The notes under the pieces were generated by a model, which made no database searches, was not told the DNA's origin, and saw nothing but the letters and a program-made list of their open reading frames with translations. A DNA stretch of 64,000 nucleotides from Blepharisma stoltei ATCC 30299 (taxonomy: Eukaryota > Protista > Ciliophora). Both the position numbers and the translations under genes were made by a program. Below are positions 22,182 through 32,222 of the stretch, in pieces. Within the stretch, counting starts at the first letter, position 1. Each line of letters starts with the position of its first letter. The stretch lies in NCBI GenBank assembly GCA_965603825.1, contig CBFDEM010000056.1:62001-126000 (forward strand), written 5' to 3'.

Positions 22182-22853
22182 ATGGAAGATTATGATAAAA
22201 CTAGAGCTTTAACTAATTGATATAGTGTCACTTATGGACAAATGATCAGCGATATCTTATTTAGAAACCCGAAACTAAATATTGATGATATTCCTAAAGA
22301 AAAATGTGCAATTTGTCAATTTGATTTTGAAGAAAAAGATGCTGACATTGTCCTTTTAAGTAAATGTGAAGGGCATTTTTTCCATGCTAGCTGTATTGAC
22401 TGCGCAAGACAAGGGGGAGAATTTATAATATGTCCAGTCTGCAAAATCCCATACGGTGTAGAGAAGGGGAATATGCCTTCTGGAACTATGAATGTAAAAT
22501 ATAAAAATCACTCCAGATTAGATGGATTTCCTGGAGTTGGGGTAATTGAAATTACATATGAATTCAAAAATCAGAATGCAAACGGGCATTATATTGCAGG
22601 AATTAAAAGAACAGCGTATTTGCCAGATAGCCGAGAAGGAAACGAAGTATTGTCTATGCTTGTAGAAGCATTCGAAAGAAGATTGACATTTAAAATAGGA
22701 ACAAGCATAACAACTGGAATGGAAAATTGTATCGTATGGAGCGGAATTCATCATAAAACAAGCCGCAGTGGTGGAGTTGTCGCTCATGGATATCCAGATC
22801 CTACTTATTTGAAAAGGGTAAAAGAAGAATTAAATTCTAAAGGAATTTTTTAG
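22182..22853 (+). CDS. Minimal Deltex-type E3 ligase (RING plus Deltex C-terminal domain)
   Basis: CAIC..C.GH.FH..C..CPVC..YG...GNMP.GTM; RTAYLPD..EG; RRLTFKIGTS.TTG; IHHKT; HGYPDPTYL. Start extended to ATG 22182 through a TGA. Confidence 0.9.
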
Positions 22854-22857
22854 CACA

Positions 22858-23562
22858 TTAAACTGATAAATTTGTATAATATTTACTTGGTTTCTTATTA
22901 ATTGGGATGTGTATCACAAGGTCTTTTTCGTTCATTTTTAAAAACCCATCAGTAACCCAAAAAACTAGCCCATTAATAAGAATAGGGAAAATAATCATAA
23001 TGCACAACAATTCAAGCCTTGGATAATCACTAAGAGGTGCTAAAAGAATTTCTCCAGTATATTCAATAGATTTCCCAAATACCACCATAACTCCTACTAT
23101 TAGGATCTTCATACTTAACACAATACAAATCCATACAATTGCTTGAAAAGCCCAAGTTCCTCAATCTGGGTATTCTCCATAATATCCAGATTTAAATGAA
23201 AAAGTTTTATTTGAACTTAAAATCTCTTCTATACCGTGAAGCAGTAAAAAACAAATCATAGTCCCTATTATAGCATCCACAAGCATACTTAAAAAATATC
23301 ATGTGCAGGGGTTAGATTCTAATTTGGTACTCCCGATTTCATAGGCCAAGGCAAGGTTAAATAAATGAGTAAGCAAAGAGCTTAAAGCTTGTTTCGATGT
23401 ATCCATAAATCATATAGTTCAAATTCTCCTTTCAAAATCAAGATACCTCTTCAGGATAAGAAATGAAAAAGATATCACACCTAATAATGCTTGCATGGAC
23501 CATCCAAAATCCCCAAATAATTCACATTTAGGTGTACTTGGAATTATAGGCTCAGTTGACAT
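22858..23562 (-). CDS. STIMATE/TMEM110-family multi-pass membrane protein
   Basis: With TGA=Trp: LKRY..ERRIWTIWFMDTSKQ, NPCTWYF..VD..IG, SGYYG..P, P.LEL..IM.I.P..N...FWVTD.FLK. Confidence 0.85.
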
Positions 23563-23590
23563 TTATAACGAATAATAAGAAAAATTTATA

Positions 23591-24916
23591 TTATTTATAT
23601 CTGTTTAACATATGGTTTAGGATCTCAATTTCTTTTAATAAAGAGCCATCTGCTGATGTAAGGATTCTTTCAAGATGGGTGACCCCGCCTTGTTCTTCGA
23701 AATTCTTGTATACGATTATAGCACTTTCGTGTCCTGTTGCTTCTTCAAGATAATCAAAAGTGGCTTTAAAGGTTTTAATTGTGAGCTCATATAAATTTTG
23801 GAAATTTCCTCTGAAAACACATAGTAAAGCTGGGAAAAAATCTTCGGTCATCATTATAGGAATGATATCATTTTCTGATAACGCGATATTGCAAAGTGTC
23901 TTTATGCAGCCATTTCTGATTTCTTTTATATCCTTTAAAGCCATTTCAATAATTCTATTCAATATTCCTAGTGAAATAACTGAATAAGCAGCATTTGTAT
24001 TATTTTCACACAATTTTGATAAAATATCGACTGTATCTTTCCTTATATGCTGGTTTTTATTTTTTATTGACCTTGGGATTATATTTAAAATTCCTTCTCC
24101 AATCAAATATTCATTAAATTTACCCGTGATTTTCAGAATTTTTTTTATAAGTTTGGAAGAAGCATTTGAAATCTTTTGATCAGGACTCATAATTAATGTA
24201 ATTGTTTTAGGGATCACCCCAGATCTTACAATCATTTCTGCATCCTCTTCATTCTGAAGCAGCCTAAATAAGGCTCAAGCTGCATTTCCTATCATTTCTT
24301 CATCATTACTATCATAATATTTTTTAATTACAGGCAATAATTTTTCTGTGAGAGGCTCCCCAGGAATTGGCTTAAAATTCAATAAATTCGAAATCAGTCA
24401 GCAGTGGACGTGTCTGAACTCTTCACTTGCATTTTCTCTAATTTCACTAATTTTTTCTATAACTTCAGGAATTAAAATTTGATCTCTACAATGAGCGTCA
24501 TTTCCCGCAATATTCCCTAATCCCATCATTCCTTGTACAACTAAATCTTCTTTTCCGCTATTAAGACACTGACAAAATATATCAATTGAATTTACTTGTA
24601 CAGCTTGATGACATTGCATTTGGTTTCCTGACGCAATATTTGATATAATTCATGCTATATCTCTTTTAAATTGATTCACAGCAAAAAGATCAGCTAAAGT
24701 AGGCAAGACACCTAAGTCAAGAATTTCTTGTATTGGCGGATTTTTCTCAGTTGAAAGCATTTTTCTGATTTGTTGGATTATAATAAAAACATCTTGGGCG
24801 TCTCCACACGTCAAGATTGTTAGCATGCTCTCCATTTCGTTTTTTTCATGAGATGCTAAAGTGTCTTCTGTTAAGCTTCTTGCAGTATCAGAAACTAAAG
24901 GGTCATATTCTGCCAT
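23591..24916 (-). CDS. Divergent importin-alpha-like ARM-repeat protein with no obvious IBB domain
   Basis: IRKMLSTEKNPPIQE, AW(TGA)IISNIASG, GLGNIAG, CW(TGA)LISNL, AAW(TGA)AL; three ORFs in frame. Confidence 0.82.
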
Positions 24917-25441
24917 TATAAAAAATTAATTTTGATGAATTAAAAGGCTTGAAAATTGTTGATTTAGAAGCAAATGCGATTTTTAGGAAAAAAGATATAG
25001 TTAGCTAGCGATTTTAATTGGAAGGGATTTTCTCTTTATAGAGAAAAATAATAGTGGCACTTTATGCATCTAATATATTTTTCAAGATGATTTGAAATAT
25101 ATTCTCTAATAGAATAATGTCTTTTTTATTCAATTTTGGGATTATCAAAAGGCGATAGTGTAACAGAGCAATAATGAATCAAATTTTTAATTTGAGAAAG
25201 TTGGAATTATTCAAGATATTAGTAAGAAAATATGGTTTTCATCACAAAATAATTAATTGGACAAGTTGGTAACTTGATGCACTGAAATGTCAAATAATGA
25301 TGCATATAAATGTTATTTTTCGTCTAAATGAAGAGAATTGCTATCGACTGCTAGTTAATCTTCTGTAAATTTTCAATTTAGATATCACCAAAAACTGATA
25401 AAATTTAGATTTTCACAATAAGTTATAATTATTACAATTAC

Positions 25442-25996
25442 TTAAATAATTCTTAATATAGATGGTGAGCATTTTCGATCAACAGATAATCGAAATCCTC
25501 TACAAGGGCTTGGAAGTGCACTTTTTGTTGTATTTGGGTTAGAATTTAAAGTCTTTAAGAAAGATAGAAAAGAATTTTTTGAGCTTTCCAGTTTTCCTTT
25601 ATTAACAATTATATCATTTTTTGGTGTATTAAGCAGATTAAGGATTTTTGATAAATCTGGCTTTGACTTGATTTTACTTCTGAATTTATGATAATGTTGG
25701 CTAATAAAAGAATTTTTTGGTTTTTTAAATCTTTCAGAACAAATAATAGCACTTTTTGAAATTTTATCAATTTCCTGCAATCTTTTCAATTCTTTGTCTT
25801 CAGCTGAGAATGATTCTCGATCCATAACTACTGAAGGAATTTCTATCATAAAATCATTTTTGGACTTTTTGGGATCCGGAGTGTATAAAGGGCAAATATT
25901 TTTCTTAAGTGATTCTGACCGTTTTATATTATTTTTCATAAGAGGAAGACTTTTAGAATTGATCCCTCTTGTACCAAACTTCACTTGTATTTCCAT
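25442..25996 (-). CDS. Hypothetical Lys/Ser-rich protein
   Basis: 184-aa ORF, ATG to TAA, divergent from RPS14. Confidence 0.6.
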   Translation of the reverse strand: MEIQVKFGTRGINSKSLPLMKNNIKRSESLKKNICPLYTPDPKKSKNDFMIEIPSVVMDRESFSAEDKELKRLQEIDKISKSAIICSERFKKPKNSFISQHYHKFRSKIKSKPDLSKILNLLNTPKNDIIVNKGKLESSKNSFLSFLKTLNSNPNTTKSALPSPCRGFRLSVDRKCSPSILRII

Positions 25997-26169
25997 TTTT
26001 GTTTATTGATAACACTCATCTCTACCTTTTCTTATTAAATTTTTCTGCATACTTTTTATTATCCCTTCCAAAAATCCCTAAAATTCTCACCAATTTTTAT
26101 ATAAATATTTTCAATCTTCCCAACCCTATCACATTTTTAACACCCAAAGTATCATTTGGACGGATAAAA

Positions 26170-26631
26170 ATGTCAAAGGCAAAAGGACGCAAGGCAGAAA
26201 AGGTCGAAGAGCCAGAGCAAGCGATGTTAGGCCCAAATCTGACAGGCGAAAAAATTTTTGCTGTTTGTCATTTACTCGCTACTTTTAATGACACTTTTAT
26301 TCATGTCACTGATCTGTCTGGAAGGGAAACACTTGCAAGAGTCACTGGTGGGATGATGGTAAAAGCTGACAGAGAAGAAAGTTCACCATACGCCGCTATG
26401 CTTGCAGCTGTCGAAGTGTGCAATAGACTGAAAAAGCTTGGAATAAACTCTTTACATATAAAAATCAGAGCCAGAGGAGGCACTGAAAGCAAAACACCAG
26501 GACCAGGCGCACAAGCAGCTTTGAGGGCTTTAGCTAGAAATGGGATGCTGATTGGAAGAATTGAAGATGTGACACCAATTCCTACAGATAGCACAAGAAG
26601 AGCTGGTGGAAGAAGAGGGAGAAGGCTTTAA
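26170..26631 (+). CDS. RPS14: 40S ribosomal protein S14 (uS11)
   Basis: [64 protein letters not shown]; true start at 26170. Confidence 0.97.
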   Translation: MSKAKGRKAEKVEEPEQAMLGPNLTGEKIFAVCHLLATFNDTFIHVTDLSGRETLARVTGGMMVKADREESSPYAAMLAAVEVCNRLKKLGINSLHIKIRARGGTESKTPGPGAQAALRALARNGMLIGRIEDVTPIPTDSTRRAGGRRGRRL

Positions 26632-26724
26632 GCACTTTAATTTACCTTGGTTTTTATTTAAGCGGAATATTAAATAGCTAATTTCAATATAAAAAGGGGT
26701 ATTCGAAAAGATTTGTTATAATAA

Positions 26725-27411
26725 TTACTCAATCGTGCTATTTAATGTTTTCTTTGCTTCTATTTCAATTTTCATTTCTTGTACTTTGCTCTCTAAAGAC
26801 TCAATTTTTCTTTTAGATTTTGAGAGTTCAAGCTCTAATTGGCTGACTCTTTCACTTTTAGCAAAAAGCTTCTCTTGCATATTTTCCATTTGCAAAGCGT
26901 ATAAAGAGCCTTTTTCTTGCCCAGCTTGAATAAAAATACTTTTTGCTTCATGGAGCTCATCTTGTAAGCGCTTGTTTTCTTGAGAAATTTTATCAATTTT
27001 TTCTTGCTTATCTTCTATTGTTTTTTCTAGCGAAAACTTAGATTTTAAAATTTCAGTCTTTTCTCTTTCATATTCCTTTGTTTTTTGGTCTAGGCTTAAA
27101 TTAAGTTTTGAAATATTTTCTCTTAAATCTAGTTCAAGTATATCCTTAGTCTTTAGCTTTTGTCTGTATCGTCTTAGCCTTTTTTCTAAGCGCAAAACTT
27201 TATCTTCACTTGTTTCTATTGGCTTTGGTAGCAACACAGGCTCTGGTGCTGGGGTAGGATTTATTACTGGAGCAGATGAAGTGAGATCAATTACAAAAGT
27301 TCTTCTGACTTTTTTACGACTTGACGATCTAGTACCAACTGTTGATCCAACACTAACAGGGCTCAGCAGTAAAGGTGCCTTTTCATTTGTAGAGGTAGGG
27401 ACTCTTTTCAT
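26725..27411 (-). CDS. Hypothetical coiled-coil protein
   Basis: 228-aa ORF with a long E/K/L heptad region. Confidence 0.7.
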   Translation of the reverse strand: MKRVPTSTNEKAPLLLSPVSVGSTVGTRSSSRKKVRRTFVIDLTSSAPVINPTPAPEPVLLPKPIETSEDKVLRLEKRLRRYRQKLKTKDILELDLRENISKLNLSLDQKTKEYEREKTEILKSKFSLEKTIEDKQEKIDKISQENKRLQDELHEAKSIFIQAGQEKGSLYALQMENMQEKLFAKSERVSQLELELSKSKRKIESLESKVQEMKIEIEAKKTLNSTIE

Positions 27412-27989
27412 TACAAAATATAATAATTTTAATGGGCTTCTGGTAAAAAGATTAGTGAGCAGTTAAAAAAAATTATCAGGCAAATAATTATCAGAATTAT
27501 CAAATATAATAGGATGCCAGCTCCTTTTATTAGTAAAAATCTTATATAATAAGCTTAAATTACCAAAAAATTTTTTAACTGAATTTACAATAAAAGGCTA
27601 GGGTTATAATGATTTATAATTTGTTACAATATTGTTTAAATAATATAGCGATTAAATCTGTTTTTTAATCAATTTATTTGCTATGTTTTTATTCTAATAT
27701 GGAGCTTGTAAACCTCATTGAACTCTATTTGCAAAATACTACTGATACCTTTCTGTTAAAGAAGAAAGACATTTATACATCATATTATGTATTTGATTAA
27801 GCGAGGCATAGCATTTTTCTAATTGCCTTTATCATCTCCAATTGAAATTGAAGCAGGGTCTAAAGGGCTTGAGAGGTAGAAGAATTAATTAGCTTGCCTA
27901 TATCAGTAGAATCTTTTGCATTTAGACAATTTATTGATTCATAAAATTAAACAAAATTTATTTGACTAATAATAAATAAGTAGCACATA

Positions 27990-28571
27990 ATGGGATGTGG
28001 CAATAATAAGCAACAGGCGCAGGAAGTTGAAATTCCAGTGGGGCCAACTGAATTATTTGTAAAAACTGAAACTTTTGATGCTAATGCATTTTTTGATGAT
28101 GTAATATTTTTACATCCAAATAGTTCTTTGCTTAATATATCTGCAAAGGAAAAAGTTTCACAAGTAAACTCTAATGAGTTTTCAATTAAGCCAGAGGATT
28201 TAGAAGCTGAAGAATCTCTTCATGCGAAAAATATAAGAAAAACCAGTGAAGATGAAGAAGCTGAAGTTGTTAAAACTGCAAAAAAATTAGATAATTCGAT
28301 GGATAAGAAAATTTCTAAATATCCACGCAAGCTTACACCAATCCCAAACCCACCACTTCCAACAACTTATACACAATTTCCTTTAGTAAATAAGCCCAAA
28401 CCCACTTCATTATTTAGGGAGAGAAAAATAATTTTTGATGCAAAACCTACAGATGGTTTTAATTTTGATTTTCTGGATCAAATTAAGCAAGAAAATATCA
28501 AAACCCCTAAAGATGATCTAGATAGCTTAATAAAAGATTTAAACTCCTCCAGCAGGGTTTATGTCTTATAA
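27990..28571 (+). CDS. Hypothetical protein with MGCG N-myristoylation/palmitoylation-like start
   Basis: 193-aa ORF, ATG to TAA, in AT-rich flanks. Confidence 0.65.
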   Translation: MGCGNNKQQAQEVEIPVGPTELFVKTETFDANAFFDDVIFLHPNSSLLNISAKEKVSQVNSNEFSIKPEDLEAEESLHAKNIRKTSEDEEAEVVKTAKKLDNSMDKKISKYPRKLTPIPNPPLPTTYTQFPLVNKPKPTSLFRERKIIFDAKPTDGFNFDFLDQIKQENIKTPKDDLDSLIKDLNSSSRVYVL

Positions 28572-29046
28572 TTTAAATATCCAAGACTGGAAATATAAAT
28601 TTATATGATCTCGTAAATAAATAGTAAAAAAGATATGGAATTTGAAACACTTACTCTCAATTGAAAAAATAACTAGCCAGCTAAATATATAGAGTTCTAG
28701 GCTAAGGCTGATTGCACTTTCGAAAGATTTAATATATCAAAGAACTAAGAAATCTCGATTATTTATAAAATCATGGCATATAATAATATGGCATAATTTT
28801 TTTACTCTTGAATGCAATAATAACCATATGAGTGAAGCAGAATAGAATTAAATTAAAATAAATAAATAAAGACTGATTGAAATATAATAAATAAATAAGA
28901 TGCTCCTTTTATTAAAAGATTAGAAATCATGATTAGTTCTTAAAATCAATAATTTATTTTTGCTTTAAAGATAATACAGCTTATTTACACAAAAATTTTG
29001 ATAAATAAAGATTTGATAAACGATAATAGATGCATAAATAAAAAAA

Positions 29047-29119
29047 CGCCCACCGGGGGGCTCGAACCCCCGACCACCAGCTTAAAAGGCTGGCGCTCTA
29101 CCGACTGAGCTAGACGGGC
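29047..29119 (-). tRNA. trnK-UUU: tRNA-Lys (anticodon UUU)
   Basis: GCCCGTC TAGCTCAGTCGGTAGAGC G CCAGC CT TTT AA GCTGG TGGTC GGGGG TTCGAGC CCCCC GGTGGGC G, followed immediately by an oligo-T Pol III terminator. Confidence 0.96.
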
Positions 29120-29472
29120 TTAAACATACTATATTCTAAGAGTTTATATACCAAACTCAAAATATTTTATTAGATATAAACTTTAATTTTCTTTCACAAG
29201 GATGAAAACCTTAATACCTCATATTTATTAGGGCTAGTTAATGTGAATATATTGCTGATGATAAAATTAATAATAAATATAATGACTGATCATTAGATAT
29301 ATAATAGTTAGATATTTATTATCCAAATAATATAATTGCTTACCCTATTTAATAAATTTAATTCATAATTTCTGATATCTATTAATTAACTTATTTTTAA
29401 CCCCAAAAAGGGCTTATTTTTAAAGTGTCTATTAATAAAAGTCGAATATATTTTTAAATACATTCGTATTTA

Positions 29473-30141
29473 ATGGAATTCAAGCCTCTTCAATGATTTT
29501 TTGTCCTGAACTCGTGCGAAAAAGATTACTCAAAATCACCCTATATCCAAGAATATTTTTCCGCGATTTCATCTTTTGCTTTTTTTGTTCCTTATATTAT
29601 AAGAATCCTTCTCCTTCGTAGAGTTTCATTGCCAAATGGTCTCATTAAGATGTATTACGCTTTAATATTAGTAGGGATTACAAGCACAATTTTCCATTCC
29701 AGATTATCGTATCTTACACAATTTATTGATATGACATCTATTCTTGTCACACAGCTGATTTTTGCCAAAATTATTGATATGAAAATTCCTAAAACCTTTG
29801 AAAAACTTATGATGATTTTTTATGTTTTAAGCTTTGTGCATCCTTTACCTTTGTCATTAAATCTTGTGATATTGTTTATTCTATTTTCGAGATGGACTTT
29901 TTCGACTGTCTCAAGAATTAATATGATGAAATTCACCTTAATAGCAGGAGTATCACTAATTTTGAAGCTCTGTGCCTTATTTTGCATACCACTAGATCTA
30001 ATATGCACAGGCTACGAATATTTTCACGGTTTTTGGCATATTTTTATAGCTGCATATTGCTTCACAGGACTGATAGGTATCGAGCTTCTCTTGAAATCTG
30101 GCCATCTGAAGCCAAAAGTGGTCGAATCCAAGCTGCTTTAA
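29473..30141 (+). CDS. Alkaline ceramidase-like (CREST family) membrane hydrolase
   Basis: Extended through a TGA to ATG 29473: CEKDY..SPYIQEYFSAISS, S..FH, HGFWHIF. Confidence 0.8.
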
Positions 30142-30178
30142 TATTTAAAAATATAAATCATAATTGATTTAAAAATAA

Positions 30179-30970
30179 TTATCCTGATGTCAATCTCTGA
30201 TAAACCCCATTCCACTGCTGCTCTAAAATCGCACACTCTCTGCATTGATTCGAACTTTCTGGGGTGCATCGAATTTCTACATTCTGAATAGGTGCATAAC
30301 AATGGACCTTCCCATCTGTGCACATCTTAGAAATTCTTCCACATCTATTTAGCAAATATCCTCTAGGCAGCTGCATTGCTTTAACATCAAGCTCCATGCA
30401 AGCGGCACAGTTGCATCCATTCCCAGGCCCACAGTTGCCATCACAACATTTGCACCTGACTTTCATAGGCCTTCCACAGTAATATTTTCCGTTTTGACCT
30501 AGTCTTGATGTATTTCCTTCACTGTTTTTCGTTATTTCTATTGGGTTTCTATTAGCATTTCCTTCATAAACTATAGATGCATTCATATTTTGCTGAGCTA
30601 CAGGGTAAAGCAATTCATTGGAGTGCGTATAAATTATATGAGAAAGAAAATCGTCTTTTTTGCCTTGGAATTTACAAAGCCTGCAGGAAAATTTCTTTTG
30701 TGGGCATCGAGATTGGTGGGACTTTTTTTCGCTTCGGCTCATAGGTTGGTTGCAGTCTTCACAAGATGAGGGAAGATTGCTGATAATTCTGCGCAAGGGA
30801 AAGGATACTGAGTAAGAAATCCCTTGGGTTCTACAAAATGGGCAGGTGGTCTGGGTTTTTGCGCATTTTTCACAGGCGATATTGTGGCAACAGTTAAATT
30901 CAACTGCATCTTCACAGATTTCTAGACATAAGAAGCAAGATAAATGATCTTCAGAGTTTAGCGATACCAT
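30179..30970 (-). CDS. RING plus TRAF/SIAH-type zinc fingers plus Cys-rich C-terminal domain
   Basis: CFLC..CCHNIAC..C..CPFC; C..C..H...C; RLG.NGKYYCG..CKCCDGNCGPGNGCNC..C. Confidence 0.8.
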   Translation of the reverse strand: MVSLNSEDHLSCFLCLEICEDAVEFNCCHNIACEKCAKTQTTCPFCRTQGISYSVSFPLRRIISNLPSSCEDCNQPMSRSEKKSHQSRCPQKKFSCRLCKFQGKKDDFLSHIIYTHSNELLYPVAQQNMNASIVYEGNANRNPIEITKNSEGNTSRLGQNGKYYCGRPMKVRCKCCDGNCGPGNGCNCAACMELDVKAMQLPRGYLLNRCGRISKMCTDGKVHCYAPIQNVEIRCTPESSNQCRECAILEQQWNGVYQRLTSG

Positions 30971-31037
30971 TTCTAATAGAAATTAGGAGAGAACAGATTT
31001 TTGGGTTATATAGAAATAATTGTATATAAATTTCACA

Positions 31038-31379
31038 ATGGGCCGAGAATTTCAAGAATATTTTGAATGTTCCCAAATCTATGCTTGTGAAATATGCCGA
31101 GCTCATTTATCTTCCCACAGTCAGCTGATTTCAAAAGCCTTTTCTGGAAGAGATGGCAGAGCATTTTTATTTAAAACAGTCATCAACGGAAAGCTTGGGG
31201 ACCCAGAAGAACAAACTTTGTTATCAGGCCTATACATTATAAGAGACCTATACTGTAAATCATGTGATCTTTTAATTGGATGAAAATATGATAAAGCATA
31301 CACAAATAATCAGAAATATAAAGAAGGAAAATTTATATTAGAAAGATACCACATTGTTAAAATAGAATGGGATAAATAA
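31038..31379 (+). CDS. YPEL: Yippee-like (YPEL) zinc-binding protein
   Basis: YAC..C..HL, LISKAFSGRDGRAFLF, C..C..IGW(TGA)KY..A...QKYKEGKFILE. Confidence 0.93.
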
Positions 31380-31449
31380 ATTTAGTTTTATATTATCTAT
31401 ATTAGGAATTTTCCTTTAAAAATCATAAGCAGTTAATAATTTCATAGTA

Positions 31450-32010
31450 ATGGCACGCAAAAAGGACCCAAAAAAGCAAGAAAACGAAGAAAGAGAGCTT
31501 AAAAAGATGAACGACATGCTTGCTGCAGAAATAAACGTCCTCAAATGGAGAATTGGTAAATGATAATCAGCAACTGAACAAGAAAAAGCAGATAGGTCTC
31601 GAGCAGGACAAAATGAATGCCGTCAAAAATTAGTAGACCTAAATCAAGCTTTTGATGAAGAGAGTAAGCGAGCTTTCCAAATGACTTCAGAAATGAAAGC
31701 TCAATATAAAGTTATGGTTAAAGATTTAGATGAAAAAATCGGGAACTTAGAAAGAGAATTAAACGGAGGAGAATCAGATTTATTTGAAAAAGAAAGAAAT
31801 ATTAAAGATATGGTAAGGACAAAGGATAAAGAAATAGATGAAAAAGATAACGAAATTAGAGAGCTTAGGAAAAAAATTGATGACATGAGCCAGGAATTCG
31901 CGAATATGCTGAAAGCTACGCTTGATAAGATGCAGGAGAGGATTGAGTTAGCAAATACGCAGTGGGATTCAGATGTTGCAGAAATGCCATTGAAAAGATT
32001 AGACAGCTAA
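31450..32010 (+). CDS. Coiled-coil protein, CCDC153/DRC12-like, with one 15-nt intron
   Basis: MT..YK.M, MSQEFANMLKATLDKMQERIE....QW resembles CCDC153; intron 31556..31570 removes an in-frame TAA. Confidence 0.7.
31556..31570 (+). other. 15-nt intron GTAAATGATAATCAG
   Basis: GT..AG with A at position 10; restores the frame from ATG 31450. Confidence 0.85.
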
Positions 32011-32222
32011 ATGAGTGACTATTTATTTTAAATTTGGATAAATTTGGCCAAGTTTTTCATAATGATTTTTTTATCTATGATTAAAAATATTTAGAATTTC
32101 TTGGAATAAGAAAATCAATTTATTTCAGTTGTAATTAATTTCATATTTCTAAAGAATTTTGATCATAAAGCTGAGGATTGCTAATATAACCTAATTTAAG
32201 AACATTTTATCCATCTAAATAA

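Noticed and set aside
29047-29119. Possible UGA-decoding suppressor tRNA
   Set aside because: The anticodon is clearly UUU (Lys) in a canonical 5-bp stem and 7-nt loop.
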